A stretch of 63,520 nucleotides of DNA, filler included, from Lenisia limosa (Eukaryota; Protista; Breviatea), in assembly GCA_001655205.1 (NCBI GenBank). It is 12 parts of 12 records of this genome, joined end to end, with 100 filler letters (N's around TTAATTAATTAA, not from the genome) between each part and the next. Parts side by side here need not be neighbours in the genome. Positions count along the whole stretch, not along the records: positions 53,953 to 63,520 come from LPNZ01010037.1; 11 more parts are not named here. One strand, 5' to 3'. How positions within the stretch are numbered: position 1 is the first letter of the stretch; every line of letters begins with the position of its first letter. The notes under the pieces were generated by a model. It searched no databases. It had not been told where the DNA came from and saw only the letters and a list, made by a program, of their open reading frames with translations. Shown here piece by piece: positions 61,501-63,520 of the stretch. The translations under genes and the position numbers were made by a program.

Positions 61501-63041
61501 ATGGACACCCATACTCTTTTGGCTGATGATGTACAACCATCTCCAAAATGTCTTTTTTTAAGAAGTAAAACTATGAAAATTATTTGATAATAAATAAAAT
61601 CTAGAGATATAAGAAAAATATGTAATTGGGATATCATTTTGCGGCGCACTGCTTCTAGCACCCCCCCCCCCCNNNNNNNNNNNNNNNNNNNNNNNNNNNN
61701 NNNNNNNNNNNNNNNNNNNNNNNNNNNNNNNNNNNNNNNNNNNNNATTTAGGTTCGTGTTATCAGAGACCACACTGCTATTTACGTGGATAGGAAAAAGA
61801 TTCTGAGAAACACGTGGGTGGCCTTATTTGATAATGATGTCTTTTTGTTTGAGCATACACACGGCGCATCTACTTGGGTCGTCCAATGTGGTATTTGGGA
61901 ATCCTTTTGAATTCTTCGAATTTTCATAAAAATTACATGGGATTCCCATGTAAATAATGGGAATCACAACTTTTTCATAAGAATCCCAAGTCGATGCGCC
62001 GTAGTAAATGCCAATCCTGTACTATGAGGTAAAGTTGTAAGGCAAAAGATTAGGTGACTTAATACTACATAATATAATAATACAATATCTCTTATAAGCG
62101 TGATGGTGTAGAAAGCCTTGGCCAGATACAACCTTGTTTTAGATGCACTATTCTACTCATCATATTATATGATATACTTTATCATATAATATATTAAACT
62201 CTGCTATCAAACATTGGTAGGGGTTTTTTTGCCCATTTTTTTAACAAAACAGTCAGCAATCTCTTGATGCCTTCAAATTTGACTGGAAACTCTCAATCAA
62301 GGTGGGGGTGTGGGGTGTTTGCTTTCACCTGTTGTATTATCCTCAGGTGTTTTTATTGATTTTTTTTTTCTTTTTTTGCTAATCATGTAGAGTCAATTCC
62401 AGCGTAACCCTTTGTCCTTCGTGTAAGCACAGGGAGTAGGGGTGTTTCTTCTTCTGTTCTGTGGGTATCGTATTTTTAAAAATACCAGTATTTATGTTAT
62501 ATAAAACAATAATTGAAAAGTTAAATTGTTTTTTCTGTTGGCAAGATACATCTCATGCTTGTGTTAGGCACTACTTGTATCGATATGATTATGACAAACA
62601 GTTAGGGCTTCATAATGTTCTCAAAAAAGAGTGAATTTTTCGATAACACTTTCGGTCTTTTTCAGGCCGCAGGGAAGCCCTTCAAACAGTGTCTCATTTT
62701 GTAGACTGGGAGTGACCATTGTTTTCGGTCTCATGGGATCCCATATGATTTACGTCCTTGAAAGGTGGGAGCCTTTTTTAGTGTTTCCCCCATTCTTCTC
62801 AGGTATTCTGTTTTGTCTTTTCAGCTGTGCTGCAGAAGGGACTATCTTAAGCTTTTTTTTGTTTTGTTGTTTTTGACCCTGTGTGTTACCCGAATGCTGA
62901 GCCAACAGACTTGATTTTTGGTTTATTGTTTCGTAAATGTTCCATTATTACTCACCCCCCCCCCCACAGAGAATGGAATCCTGATTTCCTCGACTATCCA
63001 AGTACCCTCTGGTTTTCAGCCGTTGCTATGACCACTATCGG
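58515..63041 (+). CDS. SK/KCNN-like 6TM potassium channel (3' end beyond window)
   Basis: S1 LLIFSSLAVLLMVIL|LEV; S2 IKGLISFVTFIQLILVHYYY; S3 LLEMFIVLLHTPP; S4 LIWARLYIL|VRVIRDH; FKFDWKLSIK|SQFQRNPL; S5 ending YVLER; pore LWFSAVAMTTIG. These follow the KCNN pattern (LEL...HP.P; RLYL..R; CER). Whether the 5'-most exons belong to this gene is less certain. Confidence 0.8.
61858..62004. mobile_element. MITE-C, ~147 bp, with internal palindromes
   Basis: ACGGCGCATCTACTTGGG (61861-61878) pairs with CCCAAGTCGATGCGCCGT (61985-62002), one mismatch, with TA outside both ends. The right end recurs at ~34607-34632. Confidence 0.7.
62827..62969 (+). mobile_element. IE-A intron 3'-cassette, diverged copy ending at acceptor AG (K+ channel intron)
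   Basis: GTGCTGCAGAAGGGACT..GACCCCTGTGTGTTACC..GCCAACAGACTTGATTTTTGG..GTTTCGTAAATGTTCCATTATTACTCA(C)nACAG|exon. Confidence 0.75.
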
Positions 63042-63206
63042 GTGAGAGGGAGTGAAGTCAGTAGTAGTATTTCTCTCTTTCCCATGATATATTATATGAA
63101 AGCTCCATGTAATAATTAACTTTTCCAATTCACGATAAACATGCTGATGAAATATGAAATTCATTATTCAATGGTTGTGCTTCTTTTTTAGTTGGTTCCA
63201 TATATA

Positions 63207-63303
63207 GGGATTCACTTCGGTTTGAAAAAAAGACCGAATTTTTCGATAAATCCTCGAAAACTATCTATATTTTTCCTGTCTTTTTTGATCCGATGTGAAG
63301 CCC
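63207..63303. mobile_element. MITE-A, 97 bp, TA-flanked
   Basis: TA-GGGATTCACTTCGGTTTGAAAAAAAGACC...GTCTTTTTTGATCCGATGTGAAGCCC-TA. Confidence 0.85.
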
Positions 63304-63520
63304 TAGTTCTATCATAATACTGTGACCTCATTTTCGATATCATGGTTTATTCAACATAAATCGAATGTTTACTTCCTTCTTGGAACCGAATGAATCTCAA
63401 CCTTTTATTCCGGGCTCTGTTCAGATACATATATTATCTCTACATGTATTATATAGATATTATTTAATTTAACGCAATGTTTTGCTGTCAAAAAGGCTCT
63501 TTGGATGAATGTGACCTCCC

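Noticed and set aside
883-61772. Many ORF-track entries containing X-runs and poly-P/poly-G
   Set aside because: They are produced by N gaps and by intron-end C/G homopolymers and are not proteins.
2544-62969. A fixed target-site duplication at the exon junctions of IE-A introns
   Set aside because: Junction flanks vary (AG|CT, AC|GT, TG|GG, AG|AG and others), so no consistent TSD is visible by eye. The introner interpretation remains a hypothesis.
1-63520. Non-standard genetic code
   Set aside because: TAA (RPS2, cathepsin), TAG (formin, NDT-like) and TGA (USP) each end well-supported genes, and no in-frame stops remain after splicing.
1-63520. Autonomous transposase, reverse transcriptase, rRNA, tRNA or telomeric repeats
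   Set aside because: I recognised no DDE/RT motifs, RNA-gene structures or telomere arrays. Absence is judged by eye and the gaps could hide short features.

Overview
This is eukaryotic nuclear DNA from an intron-rich protist; the gene set suggests an amoebozoan, which is inference. It is not one locus. Eleven artificial N44-TTAATTAATTAA-N44 linkers join 12 separate draft scaffolds, and many internal N gaps follow G or C homopolymers. The six-frame ORF track is largely uninformative because genes are split into many short exons, so I rebuilt exons by eye using GT-AG and the standard code. Recognisable genes: a formin FH2 3' part, a cyclin fragment, an ERCC8/CSA-like WD40 5' part, a Sec23/24-type Zn-finger fragment, cactin, a complete RPS2, an F-BAR(-RhoGAP?) protein, a cathepsin B-like protease, a ubiquitin-like domain fragment, an ankyrin-repeat protein, BTF3/NAC-beta, AP-4 beta (5' part), a MurQ/GCKR-like SIS protein, a coiled-coil fragment, a USP 3' part, a complete bacterial-type nucleoside 2-deoxyribosyltransferase-like gene, and an SK/KCNN-like K+ channel. 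The main signal is non-coding. (i) A dispersed ~130-nt cassette (IE-A, plus a relative IE-B) sits in sense orientation at the 3' end of introns in many unrelated genes and supplies the pyrimidine/C-run and often the AG. Inverted copies suggest a TIR-transposon origin, so this is an introner-like system. (ii) Many introns open with GT+G-run and close with C-run+AG. (iii) At least four MITE/non-autonomous DNA-transposon families occur, one with more than 25 copies. (iv) Several short duplications copy splice junctions. I found no rRNA, tRNA, CRISPR array or autonomous transposase. All coordinates and counts are by eye.
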